Part shown: positions 38,874 through 47,323 of the stretch, piece by piece
Numbering within the stretch: the first letter of the stretch is position 1
Layout of the letters: each line of letters begins with the position of its first letter
IMG/VR virus record: IMGVR_UViG_3300017902_000306
Coordinates: 1 to 64,000 of that record
Origin: a virus
Lineage: Duplodnaviria; Caudoviricetes
Reading direction: 5' to 3' (one strand)
DNA length: 64,000 bases
Translations under genes and position numbers: made by a program
The notes under the pieces: generated by a model
Database searches by the model: none
Told to the model about the DNA's origin: nothing
What the model saw: only the letters and a program-made list of their open reading frames with translations

Positions 38874-39210
38874 AGATTTTAGGGAAGAAGCAAAACCAGT
38901 AGAGAAACCTTCTAAGGATAAGGCTACTGCAAATCATCCCGCTGAAGATGGTATAGAGGGTGACGTAACTCCCCCTAAGCAGGGAAGTTCTGAAGACCCC
39001 AAACTCACTCATATGTGTGCGTTAAAAGTTTTGCACCCTAAGTTTGGTGAAGGCAAACCCATCATGGGTGAACATGCCGAACCAGATTCAAACGGTGATA
39101 TCTGGTGGTATAAAATCATGTTTGAACATGGTATTGAAACGTGTGACACACCTGAGTTGGATATCTTAGAAGAAGGTTCACACGGTAACCACAAGAAAAA
39201 AGGATACTAG
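38860..39210 (+). CDS. hypothetical prohead-region protein
   Basis: Start set at ATG 38860 (MKTFKDFREE, an N-terminus typical of T4-like head/core proteins); HMCA.KV.HPKFGEG...WYKIMFEHGIE. Confidence 0.65.
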   Translation: MKTFKDFREEAKPVEKPSKDKATANHPAEDGIEGDVTPPKQGSSEDPKLTHMCALKVLHPKFGEGKPIMGEHAEPDSNGDIWWYKIMFEHGIETCDTPELDILEEGSHGNHKKKGY

Positions 39211-39220
39211 GAGAAAATAA

Positions 39221-39610
39221 ATGGCAGTCGTAGTAGACGTTTTAAAATTGACACAAGTGGAGGGTGTAGTTTGTGTGCGTGGCACTGCGGCTACTGGCAC
39301 CATTGCTCTTGCCACAACTCTTAAAAAATCCACAGAAACTCAAAGTTCTCCTACAGTAGATATCAAAGGACTTCAATGGGCATTGTCCTCTGGGGCAAGT
39401 GCCAAGGTGCAACGAAATAGTGTAGTCCTCTGGGAACTCATGGAGAGTGGAACACTAGACTTCAACGGATTCAGTGACAACGATGAGAACACAAACGACA
39501 TCGAAGTGGTCATTGCCGGTGGTGCTGGTGGTTCAGTCGTAGTTAAGTGCGCTAAGATCAGTGGATACGGATCACAACAACACCAAGGCGCAGACGGGAG
39601 CTTAGGATAA
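39221..39610 (+). CDS. hypothetical protein upstream of prohead protease
   Basis: 129-aa ORF with GGAG RBS, abuts gp21. Confidence 0.65.
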   Translation: MAVVVDVLKLTQVEGVVCVRGTAATGTIALATTLKKSTETQSSPTVDIKGLQWALSSGASAKVQRNSVVLWELMESGTLDFNGFSDNDENTNDIEVVIAGGAGGSVVVKCAKISGYGSQQHQGADGSLG

Positions 39611-39611
39611 A

Positions 39612-40265
39612 ATGAAACTAATAACCGAAGTCACTGAGGACATTCAATACATCTCAGAAGAAAAGAATGGCAAGAGAAACCTCTACATTGAGGGTGTTTT
39701 CTTACAATCAAATCTCACCAATCGTAATAATCGCACATATCCTAAAGAGATTATGCGTAAAGAGGTAGATAGATATCGCACAGAACAGATAGATAAGAAA
39801 AGAGCAATGGGAGAACTCGGTCACCCCGATGGCCCTACTCTGAATCTGGATCGTGTATCGCATATGATCACCTCTCTAAAAGAAAGTGGTGATAACTGGA
39901 TTGGTAAAGCAAAAATTCTTGATACACCTATGGGTAATATCGTAAAGAATCTTATGGACGAAGGCGCACAACTCGGAGTTAGTTCACGAGGTCTTGGTTC
40001 AATCAAAGAAAAGAATGGTATCAATGAAGTTCAAGATGACTTTATCTTATCTACTGCTGCTGACATTGTGGCAGACCCATCCGCTCCAGATGCCTTTGTT
40101 AGAGGTATCATGGAGAACAAAGAATGGATGATGGTAAACGGAATTTGGACTGAGAAGGAAATGGACATTGCACAGGCGACTATTCGTAAGTCTAGTTCCC
40201 GTGAACTGGAGGAACAGAAACTTCAAGTGTTTAGTTCATTCCTTGATAAGTTATCAAAAATCTAG
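39612..40265 (+). CDS. gp21: prohead protease
   Basis: YIEGVFLQ, NRNNRTYP, AMGELGHP, LGVSSRGLGS, DIVADPSAPDAFV. Confidence 0.97.
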   Translation: MKLITEVTEDIQYISEEKNGKRNLYIEGVFLQSNLTNRNNRTYPKEIMRKEVDRYRTEQIDKKRAMGELGHPDGPTLNLDRVSHMITSLKESGDNWIGKAKILDTPMGNIVKNLMDEGAQLGVSSRGLGSIKEKNGINEVQDDFILSTAADIVADPSAPDAFVRGIMENKEWMMVNGIWTEKEMDIAQATIRKSSSRELEEQKLQVFSSFLDKLSKI

Positions 40266-40270
40266 TTTTG

Positions 40271-40278
40271 TATAAATA
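40271..40278 (+). promoter_or_regulatory. T4-type late promoter
   Basis: Exact TATAAATA upstream of gp22. Confidence 0.8.
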
Positions 40279-40314
40279 ATTATCAGTAACGCAAAATCTC
40301 AAAGGAGAATAACA

Positions 40315-41568
40315 ATGAGCGTAGAAAGCAAAATCAGAGACTTTCTCAAGAAGGGTAAGGAGATCGAAGAATCTCTGCAACTCGCTGAAGAAGTCAATGA
40401 ACTAGAAGAAAAGGCCGCAGCGGAGAACTTAAAGCCCAATGCAACGCCTGGAGATTCTACTAATCCTACACAGGGTAGCTCCAATCCTAACCCCGAAATG
40501 CAAGACCTCTCTGGAACTGGCGACAAGCATGGTGGATTAACTTCCCCCATCGGTAAAGCCGCTTCTGCAAAGTTGAGCAAGATGGGTGAACTGGAGAACC
40601 AAGGTGCCGGTCAGGCTCCTAACTACGAAGGTGGCGAAGACACTGCCAGTGTTGTTGCACAACCTTCTTCAAAAGGTAACGTTCATCAAGAAGAAGTTGA
40701 CGAGATCGACCCCTTCACTGGTGATGTGATTTCTGAAGACGAAGAAGTTGTTGCAGAAGAAGAAACCGAAGAAGAAGTTGAAGTTGTCGCAGAGGAAGAA
40801 GAAGTTGAGTCTGAGGAAGAATCAGATGAGTCAACAGAAGAAACTCTGTTTGAAACCGACATTCAAACTCTTTTTGCTGATGAAGAACATCTCTCAGAAG
40901 GTTTCAAGGTTAAGGCTGCGGAGTTGTTTGAGACAGTTGTAACTGCTCGCCTCGCAAACGAAATCGAAACAATCCAGACCGAACTCGCAGAAGAAGCTGC
41001 TGCTGAAACTGAGAAGTTCAAGACCGACATGGTAGAGAAGATTGATTCTTACCTCAACTATGTTGCAGAGAACTGGATGAAGGAAAATGAACTCGCTATT
41101 GAACGTGGGTTACGCACAGAAATCACGGAAGACTTCATTAAGTCTCTCAAGACAGTTTTCCAAGAACATTATATTGAAGTGCCTGAAGAAAAGTATGATG
41201 TATTAGATGAAATGCAAAACGAAATTGAGGCTCTCAAGGGTAAACTCAACGAACAGATTGAGGCTACCGTTGATCTCAAAGGTCAAAACGAAGCAATGTT
41301 GCGACAGAAAGCTATCGCAGAGGCGTCTGAAGATTTGACCATGACCGAATCCGAGAAGTTGGCATCTCTTTTAGAAGATGTTGAGTTTGGTGATTCTGAA
41401 ATTTTCGCTGAGAAGGTTGCAGTTGTTAAGGAAACTTACTTCCCGAAGCAAGGTGCATCTGATATCTCAGAGGATAAGTTGACCGATACTGTTGACTCTA
41501 ACTTCCTTGATGAAGGCAATTACATCAACAAGTATGCTCAGGCTATTTCAAAACAGATTAAAAAGTAA
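40315..41568 (+). CDS. gp22: prohead core scaffold protein
   Basis: LSEGFKVKAAELFE, VEKIDSYLNYVAENWMKENELAIERGLRTEITEDF, F.EKV.VVKETYF; long acidic N-terminal part. Confidence 0.95.
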   Translation: MSVESKIRDFLKKGKEIEESLQLAEEVNELEEKAAAENLKPNATPGDSTNPTQGSSNPNPEMQDLSGTGDKHGGLTSPIGKAASAKLSKMGELENQGAGQAPNYEGGEDTASVVAQPSSKGNVHQEEVDEIDPFTGDVISEDEEVVAEEETEEEVEVVAEEEEVESEEESDESTEETLFETDIQTLFADEEHLSEGFKVKAAELFETVVTARLANEIETIQTELAEEAAAETEKFKTDMVEKIDSYLNYVAENWMKENELAIERGLRTEITEDFIKSLKTVFQEHYIEVPEEKYDVLDEMQNEIEALKGKLNEQIEATVDLKGQNEAMLRQKAIAEASEDLTMTESEKLASLLEDVEFGDSEIFAEKVAVVKETYFPKQGASDISEDKLTDTVDSNFLDEGNYINKYAQAISKQIKK

Positions 41569-41574
41569 ACTTTT

Positions 41575-41582
41575 TATAAATA
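41575..41582 (+). promoter_or_regulatory. T4-type late promoter
   Basis: Exact TATAAATA upstream of gp23. Confidence 0.8.
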
Positions 41583-41621
41583 AACTTAGGTAAAACAAAA
41601 ACCGAAATCAAGGAGACTACA

Positions 41622-42887
41622 ATGTATCTTTCTGAAGAAATCCAAAAGAAGTGGAGTCCAGTTCTGGATCATCCCGATTTGCAGGAAATTTCCGACCCGT
41701 ATCGTAAGTCGGTAACTGCTGTAATTCTGGAGAACCAAGAAAAGGCTCTACAAGAAGAAAAGCAAGTCTTTTCTGAAGCAGTGCATGCCAACAACATGTC
41801 AGCTGCGATTGACACTTATGACCCCATCCTCATCAGTTTGGTTCGCCGTGCGTTGCCTAACCTGATGGCGTATGATGTCTGCGGTGTTCAACCGATGACT
41901 GGCCCCACTGGTCTTATCTTTGCGATGAAGTCGCATTATACTTCACAAACCGGCACAGAAGCTCTGTATAACGAAGCAGACACCGACTTTGCTGGTGCTG
42001 GAACCCACGCTGGTTCCAACCCTGTTGATGGAACATACACAACAGGAACAGGTATCACTCGTGACAACGCTGAGTTGTTGGGTGACACCGTTACTCTTAA
42101 CCAGATGGCATTCTCAATTGAGAAGACCACGGTTACTGCTAAGTCTCGTGCGTTGAAGGCAGAATACACTGTCGAACTCGCTCAAGACCTCAAGGCAGTT
42201 CACGGTCTGGATGCTGAGTCAGAGTTGTCAAACATTCTGTCTCAAGAAATCCTCGCTGAGATCAACCGTGAAGTCATCCGAACCATCTACAAAGTTGCTA
42301 AGACGGGTGCTGCTTCAACTGCAACCGCTGGAACTTTTGACCTAGACGTTGATTCAAATGGTCGTTGGTCTGTAGAACGGTTCAAGGGTCTTCTCTTTAA
42401 CATCGAAAGAGATGCTAACGTAATCGCTCAAGATACTCGTAGGGGCAAAGGTAACTTCATCATCTGTTCTTCAGATGTTGCAAGTGCTCTGTCAATGGCT
42501 GGTGTTCTTGACTACGCTCCCGCCCTCAACACTTCTCTGAATGTTGATGACACTGGTAACACTTTTGCAGGTGTTCTCAATGGTCGGTATCGTGTATACG
42601 TTGATCCTTATTCTGCAAACACTGGTGCTGCAAGTCAGTTCTACGTTGCTGGATACAAGGGCACATCACCTTACGATGCTGGTCTGTTCTATTGCCCATA
42701 CGTTCCTCTGCAAATGGTTCGTGCGATTGACCCGTCTACTTTCCAACCTAAGATTGGATTCAAGACTCGTTACGGTATGATCGCTAACCCATATGTAACT
42801 CAGTCAGATGGAACTACTGATGCTGATACGTTCACTGCTGATCGTAACCAGTATTACCGTTCAGTCAAGGTAACAAACTTGATGTAA
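41622..42887 (+). CDS. gp23: major capsid protein
   Basis: LVRRALPNLMAYDVCGVQPMTGPTGLIFAM, KSRALKAEYTVELAQDLKAVHGLDAE, YCPYVPLQMVRA, FQPKIGFKTRYG. Confidence 0.99.
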   Translation: MYLSEEIQKKWSPVLDHPDLQEISDPYRKSVTAVILENQEKALQEEKQVFSEAVHANNMSAAIDTYDPILISLVRRALPNLMAYDVCGVQPMTGPTGLIFAMKSHYTSQTGTEALYNEADTDFAGAGTHAGSNPVDGTYTTGTGITRDNAELLGDTVTLNQMAFSIEKTTVTAKSRALKAEYTVELAQDLKAVHGLDAESELSNILSQEILAEINREVIRTIYKVAKTGAASTATAGTFDLDVDSNGRWSVERFKGLLFNIERDANVIAQDTRRGKGNFIICSSDVASALSMAGVLDYAPALNTSLNVDDTGNTFAGVLNGRYRVYVDPYSANTGAASQFYVAGYKGTSPYDAGLFYCPYVPLQMVRAIDPSTFQPKIGFKTRYGMIANPYVTQSDGTTDADTFTADRNQYYRSVKVTNLM

Positions 42888-42918
42888 TAAAAAGAATCCC
42901 CACAAGGGACATTTTTAA

Positions 42919-42943
42919 GGGACTCTACGGAGTCCCTTTTTTT
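42919..42943 (+). terminator. intrinsic terminator after gp23
   Basis: GGGACTC-TACG-GAGTCCC (cUACGg tetraloop) followed by seven T. Confidence 0.9.
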
Positions 42944-42948
42944 ATGTG

Positions 42949-42956
42949 TATAAATA
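42949..42956 (+). promoter_or_regulatory. T4-type late promoter of the riboswitch unit
   Basis: Exact TATAAATA just after the gp23 terminator. Confidence 0.8.
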
Positions 42957-43003
42957 ATTATTGCCCACTCGGGCTCCATAAGTCATGGGTGAAAAGACTA
43001 CAT

Positions 43004-43063
43004 TCGTTCATCCACCCTAAATGTAGCGGTGGACGGAAGTAGGCAATTCCGCCGAAGGAACGC
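43004..43063 (+). promoter_or_regulatory. glutamine riboswitch, glnA-motif (class I) type
   Basis: P1 CGTTC(43005-09)/GAACG(43058-62); P2 TCCACC(43011-16)/GGTGGA(43028-33); CGGAAGTA; P3 GGC/GCC; GAAGGAACGC. Matches the glnA consensus CGUUCAUC...GACGGAAGUAGG...CCGAAGGAACGC as recalled. Confidence 0.85.
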
Positions 43064-43085
43064 ATCTTCTAAAGGGAGGTGTTAT

Positions 43086-43259
43086 ATGACTACACAACTA
43101 AACTACAGAGGCGTTAAGTATAACGAACTTATAACTCAAAAGGCAGAGATGCCTTTAGAGATGTTATATCGTGGCGCTAAATACGATCCTACTCAGAGAC
43201 AACAGAATGTTCCTGCTAAATCTGGAATATACCGTGGTTCTAAGTGGAGTTTAGTCTAA
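43086..43259 (+). CDS. 57-aa DUF4278-like peptide with three YRG motifs
   Basis: ATG 43086 after AAAGGGAGGT; MTTQLNYRGVKYN...MLYRGAKYD...GIYRGSKW. Confidence 0.8.
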   Translation: MTTQLNYRGVKYNELITQKAEMPLEMLYRGAKYDPTQRQQNVPAKSGIYRGSKWSLV

Positions 43260-43268
43260 GCTAAAAAG

Positions 43269-43295
43269 AAGGGCAACCTTGCGTTGCCCTTTTCT
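43269..43295 (+). terminator. intrinsic terminator after the DUF4278-like gene
   Basis: AAGGGCAAC-CTTGC-GTTGCCCTT followed by TTCT. Confidence 0.75.
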
Positions 43296-43302
43296 CATCT
43301 CT

Positions 43303-43310
43303 TATAAATA
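43303..43310 (+). promoter_or_regulatory. T4-type late promoter
   Basis: Exact TATAAATA immediately upstream of gp3. Confidence 0.8.
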
Positions 43311-43315
43311 GAAGT

Positions 43316-43903
43316 ATGGCATATACACCGACAATCGCAATAAACCAAGGAACCCACACTGCTCAATCAAGTAGTGAGTTGGATTACTTACGGCCTAATG
43401 GTTTTAAGTTCCAAGTGCATAACATACCGCATGTCGCATTTTTCTGTCAGGGTGCAAACATTCCAGATATTAGTATGGGATTTCCTGTTCAGACTACACC
43501 ACTTTCTGACATACCATACCCAGGCGATAAGATTGCTTTCGGTGATCTAAACATTCGATTCCTCATTCAAGAAGACATGACAAACTACAAAGAGTTATAT
43601 GATTGGATGATCGGATTGGGTTCGCCAGAAAAACACTCACAGTATACAGACTACATCAAGACACAAACATGGAGAACTGCGAGTGCAAGAAAAGACAAAC
43701 AGGAAGCTCTCGCACAAGTAAGTGACGCAAGTTTGTTTGTCTTGGATTCAAACGACAATCCAAAGATAGAAATTATTTTCAAAGATTGTTTTCCAGTTGC
43801 TCTTGCCGGACTTGACTTTGATCTTTCTGGTGGAGACCAACCCTATTTTGTAGGAATCGCATCATTTAAATATCGTATATATACTATTAGACCTATGAGT
43901 TAA
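43316..43903 (+). CDS. gp3: tail tube terminator/completion protein
   Basis: YLRPNGFKF, FFCQGANIPDI, IPYPGDKIAFGDLNIRFLIQEDM.NYKELYDWM; position after gp23 as in marine T4-likes. Confidence 0.85.
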   Translation: MAYTPTIAINQGTHTAQSSSELDYLRPNGFKFQVHNIPHVAFFCQGANIPDISMGFPVQTTPLSDIPYPGDKIAFGDLNIRFLIQEDMTNYKELYDWMIGLGSPEKHSQYTDYIKTQTWRTASARKDKQEALAQVSDASLFVLDSNDNPKIEIIFKDCFPVALAGLDFDLSGGDQPYFVGIASFKYRIYTIRPMS

Positions 43904-43917
43904 AATTTGGATTTATT

Positions 43918-44361
43918 ATGGCAACATTGATTGAACTTCAGTCTCAATGGGCTGAGGATTGTAAACTTGATGAATTAGACTTAGGTAGTGAATCTACCAG
44001 AACCCCCGTGTTACACTCAAAGTATGTAACCCTTCTTTCAAATTCCAAACTCCAACTCCGCAAAGCAGTCGCAGATTTGAAACGACTTGAGAATATCAAG
44101 TCCGACTACTATCGGGGTGAGTTATCAAAGGAGGAACTTGATCAACTAGGATGGGAACCTTGGAGAAAGAACGCCGTGTTACGATCTGACATGAGAGATC
44201 AGTTAGACAGTGACCCAGATGTTATCAAACAACAGGATAAAGTCTATTACCTAGAAACAACCGTTGATTTTTTGGATCGTGTTCTACGCAGTTTAAATAG
44301 TAGAGGATGGGACATCAAAAACGCAGTGGAGTGGAATAAGTTACAATCTGGCCTCATATGA
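43918..44361 (+). CDS. uvsY: recombination mediator UvsY
   Basis: W.EDCKLD, P.LHSKY, YYRGEL, I..RGWDIKNAVEW. Confidence 0.9.
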   Translation: MATLIELQSQWAEDCKLDELDLGSESTRTPVLHSKYVTLLSNSKLQLRKAVADLKRLENIKSDYYRGELSKEELDQLGWEPWRKNAVLRSDMRDQLDSDPDVIKQQDKVYYLETTVDFLDRVLRSLNSRGWDIKNAVEWNKLQSGLI

Positions 44362-45851
44362 TTTGGGTAAAACAAAAAGATAACGTCCACGTTTATGTGG
44401 AAGCAGACGATGGCATAAGGAGAGAGATATCAGATTTCTTTACCTTTGAAGTCCCTGGCGCCAAGTTTATGCCATCATACCGTAATAGATATTGGGATGG
44501 TAAGATACGACTCTACAATGTAAACAAGTGTGAGTTGTATATCGGCTTGGTTCCCTACCTACTGGAGTTTGCAAAACAATTAGAATACAAAGTCCAAGTT
44601 GATCTTGAACCTTTTGGTGAGAAGATTACGAAGGAAGAAGTATCAGAATTTTGTGGTGCATTGAAACTGCACAGTCAAAAGAAACCAATTGAAGCGAGAG
44701 ACTATCAACAGTCTGCGATTCACGAGGGTATCAACTCAGGTAGAACTTTACTACTGTCACCCACTGCAAGTGGTAAATCACTAATCATTTATTCACTGGT
44801 TAGATATCATCAAGCATTGGGTAGAAAACAATTGATCGTAGTTCCTACCACCTCACTGGTAGAACAAATGTATGGTGACTTTAGAGACTACTCCACTCAC
44901 AACGGATTCAAAGTAGCAAAACATTGTCACAGAATTTACGGTGGGAAAGAAAAATCAAACGCCGCTGATGTAGTGATATCTACATGGCAATCTATCTACA
45001 AGTTCCCACAGAAGTGGTTTGAACAGTTTGATGTGGTGTATGGTGACGAGGCTCACTTGTTCAAGGCAAAGTCATTGATGACTCTCATGGATAAGTGTAA
45101 GAACGCACGTTTTAGAATCGGAACCACAGGAACCCTTGACGGAACAAAGACACACAAGTTGGTGTTAGAAGGTGTGTTTGGCCCAGTGTTCAAGGTAACA
45201 ACCACTAAGAAATTGATGGACAGGAAGGAACTGGCAGACCTAAAAATTATTTGTATGATTATTGGATACAGTGATGAACAAAGAAAACTGGTATCCAAAA
45301 TGACTTATCAAGAAGAAATGGACTTCCTAGTATCCAACCCAGAAAGGAACGACATTCTGGCGAAGCTGGCGGCGTCACAGAAGGGTAATACGCTGGTTTT
45401 ATACCAGTATGTAGAAAAACACGGAGACCATCTACACAAGTTAATCAGTGGATACGCACATGGTAAGAAAGATGTTCACTTTGTATGGGGTGGAACAGAT
45501 ACAGAACAAAGAGAAGAAATTAGATACTTGACAGAACAATCAGATAATAGTATCATTGTTGCCTCATACGGAACCTTTTCTACTGGTATAAATATAAGAA
45601 ACCTACACAATGTGGTGTTTGCTTCACCAAGTAAGAGTAGGATCAGAAATCTACAGAGTATCGGTAGAGGTCTGAGAAAAGGTAACAACAAATCGTCATG
45701 TAATTTGTTTGATGTTGGTGATGACCTCTCTTGGAAGTCTAAGAAGAATTACACTTTGAACCATGTCTTAGACCGAATCAAATTATACAATGAAGAAAAC
45801 TTTGATTATAAAGTAATAAGGATATCGTCAGATGGGAACATGCAAACCTAG
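44358..45851 (+). CDS. uvsW: DNA helicase UvsW
   Basis: FFTFEVPGAKFMP.YR...WDGKIRL, SPTASGKS, GDEAH, GTTGT, STGINI, QSIGRGLR. Confidence 0.97.
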   Translation: MIWVKQKDNVHVYVEADDGIRREISDFFTFEVPGAKFMPSYRNRYWDGKIRLYNVNKCELYIGLVPYLLEFAKQLEYKVQVDLEPFGEKITKEEVSEFCGALKLHSQKKPIEARDYQQSAIHEGINSGRTLLLSPTASGKSLIIYSLVRYHQALGRKQLIVVPTTSLVEQMYGDFRDYSTHNGFKVAKHCHRIYGGKEKSNAADVVISTWQSIYKFPQKWFEQFDVVYGDEAHLFKAKSLMTLMDKCKNARFRIGTTGTLDGTKTHKLVLEGVFGPVFKVTTTKKLMDRKELADLKIICMIIGYSDEQRKLVSKMTYQEEMDFLVSNPERNDILAKLAASQKGNTLVLYQYVEKHGDHLHKLISGYAHGKKDVHFVWGGTDTEQREEIRYLTEQSDNSIIVASYGTFSTGINIRNLHNVVFASPSKSRIRNLQSIGRGLRKGNNKSSCNLFDVGDDLSWKSKKNYTLNHVLDRIKLYNEENFDYKVIRISSDGNMQT

Positions 45852-46296
45852 TATTATTTGTCTCGACAACGGATTACAACTGTGTGCCGGTATACTTGAC
45901 GGAACAGAAGATGATGAAATTGTATCCACTACTTTCCCGCTAGAAATTCGTAGGATTGAAGTGGGCCCAACAACCGAGGCAATATCATTACGGCCGTGGT
46001 TATCATTCACTGTAAGAAATAGTTTCAAACTTAAACAGTCAAAAATTTTGGCGATAACGCCCCTGCATGAACAATACCACGAAGATTTTTTTAAGATGAC
46101 AACTTCCTACATGGAAGATAGAAACGTGCCACTAGAATTTAGTCAAGAAGATGACACCAAGGACTACTATGACTTGGCGAGACAGATTATGGCTGAAGAA
46201 CCACCAGATGAGTGGTTAGAACAACACGACAATTTGACATTGGAAGAATTGATGGAGTCACTAAAAAATATGGGGCCAAAAAGAAATTTACATTAA
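45832..46296 (+). CDS. hypothetical protein
   Basis: 154-aa ORF overlapping the uvsW end; ISLRPWL motif; fills the gap before gp55. Confidence 0.65.
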   Translation: MGTCKPSIICLDNGLQLCAGILDGTEDDEIVSTTFPLEIRRIEVGPTTEAISLRPWLSFTVRNSFKLKQSKILAITPLHEQYHEDFFKMTTSYMEDRNVPLEFSQEDDTKDYYDLARQIMAEEPPDEWLEQHDNLTLEELMESLKNMGPKRNLH

Positions 46297-46324
46297 GCTG
46301 TATATCCCTTAGAGGCACAGCTCG

Positions 46325-46353
46325 ATTATAATGATTTTGACAACAGATGTCAA
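46325..46353 (-). promoter_or_regulatory. consensus sigma70 promoter on minus strand (antisense to the upstream operon)
   Basis: Minus strand reads TTGACA(46353-48)-17 nt-TATAAT(46330-25). Confidence 0.6.
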
Positions 46354-46369
46354 GGGTATTTTTTTATCA

Positions 46370-46398
46370 TTGACATCTGACTAAGAATACCGTATAAT
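46370..46398 (+). promoter_or_regulatory. sigma70 promoter of gp55
   Basis: TTGACA(46370-75)-17 nt-TATAAT(46393-98). Confidence 0.88.
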
Positions 46399-46423
46399 GT
46401 TTTGAATTAGTAAGGATTTAATT

Positions 46424-47020
46424 ATGGCAAAGAAGAAAACAGAGAACAGGCATTACGTCAACAACAAAGAATTTCTGGCGGCGATGACTGAGTATCGCAC
46501 TGCTAGGGTTGCTGCTGAGGAAGCAGGAGAAACACCACCCCGTGTATCAAACTACATTGGTGAGTGTTTTGTCAAGATTGCAAACCACCTCGCATACAAA
46601 TCTAACTTTGTAAACTACACCTTCAGAGAAGAAATGATTCTGGATGGTATTGAAAATTGTATCACATACATCAATAACTTTGATCCTGCCAAATCATCCA
46701 ATCCTTTTGCATACTTCACACAGATAACCTACTACGCCTTCTTGCGTAGGATTCAGAAAGAAAAGAAACAACTGGATGCTAAATACAGATACATTCAGAG
46801 TTTAGACTTACAAAACATGATGGATGAACTTGCCGCTGATGGGGGGTCTAACGAGTATCTTGAGTATATGAAGCGACAGATTGAGGAAGCAGACAAACAG
46901 AACGAGAAGTTTGCCAACGAAGGTAAGAACATTCCAAAACGAAGACCTAAATACTTCAATGACAAAGAGGCTCTTGCAGTTGCTAAGGAGAAAATTGACG
47001 CACTCAAAGATGCCCCGTAA
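46424..47020 (+). CDS. gp55: late transcription sigma factor
   Basis: HYVNNKEFL, YIGECFVKIANHLAYKSNFVNYTFREEMILDGIENC, NFDP.KS.NPFAYFTQI.YYAFLRRIQKEK. Confidence 0.98.
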   Translation: MAKKKTENRHYVNNKEFLAAMTEYRTARVAAEEAGETPPRVSNYIGECFVKIANHLAYKSNFVNYTFREEMILDGIENCITYINNFDPAKSSNPFAYFTQITYYAFLRRIQKEKKQLDAKYRYIQSLDLQNMMDELAADGGSNEYLEYMKRQIEEADKQNEKFANEGKNIPKRRPKYFNDKEALAVAKEKIDALKDAP

Positions 47021-47034
47021 CGAAAGTTGAGAAG

Positions 47035-47265
47035 ATGGAAAATAAAGTAAAAACCCAAAAAACAAAAACTTCTTGGTTAGGTAGTTTCGGAAAATTTTTT
47101 GTAGACGGGGCCAAGTTAAGTGTTGACCCTGACCCCGATGAAGTAAACAGTGAAAATGCCTACAAAACGAGATGGGTTTGGTATCATACAATGTTGGGTA
47201 TTCTCATTTTGACTACCAACATATTGCTAGTCGCTATACTGATAGTCCTAGCAGTGAAACTTTGA
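47035..47265 (+). CDS. small membrane protein
   Basis: 76 aa; C-terminal hydrophobic segment after RWVWYHT. Confidence 0.65.
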   Translation: MENKVKTQKTKTSWLGSFGKFFVDGAKLSVDPDPDEVNSENAYKTRWVWYHTMLGILILTTNILLVAILIVLAVKL

Positions 47266-47268
47266 CCC

Positions 47269-47297
47269 TTGACACCCGCTTGGTTTGTGTGTATAAT
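47269..47297 (+). promoter_or_regulatory. sigma70 promoter
   Basis: TTGACA(47269-74)-17 nt-TATAAT(47292-97), preceded by TG. Confidence 0.85.
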
Positions 47298-47323
47298 GTA
47301 ATGAATACTAGGGGGTATATATT

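Noticed and set aside
42961-43000. preQ1-I riboswitch (small pseudoknot with A-rich tail)
   Set aside because: It lacks the conserved preQ1 loop nucleotides and no que genes are nearby; kept only as unexplained leader structure.
43029-43085. ORF-track start (GTG 43029) extending the YRG peptide to 76 aa
   Set aside because: The extension runs through the riboswitch aptamer; ATG 43086 has a strong SD.
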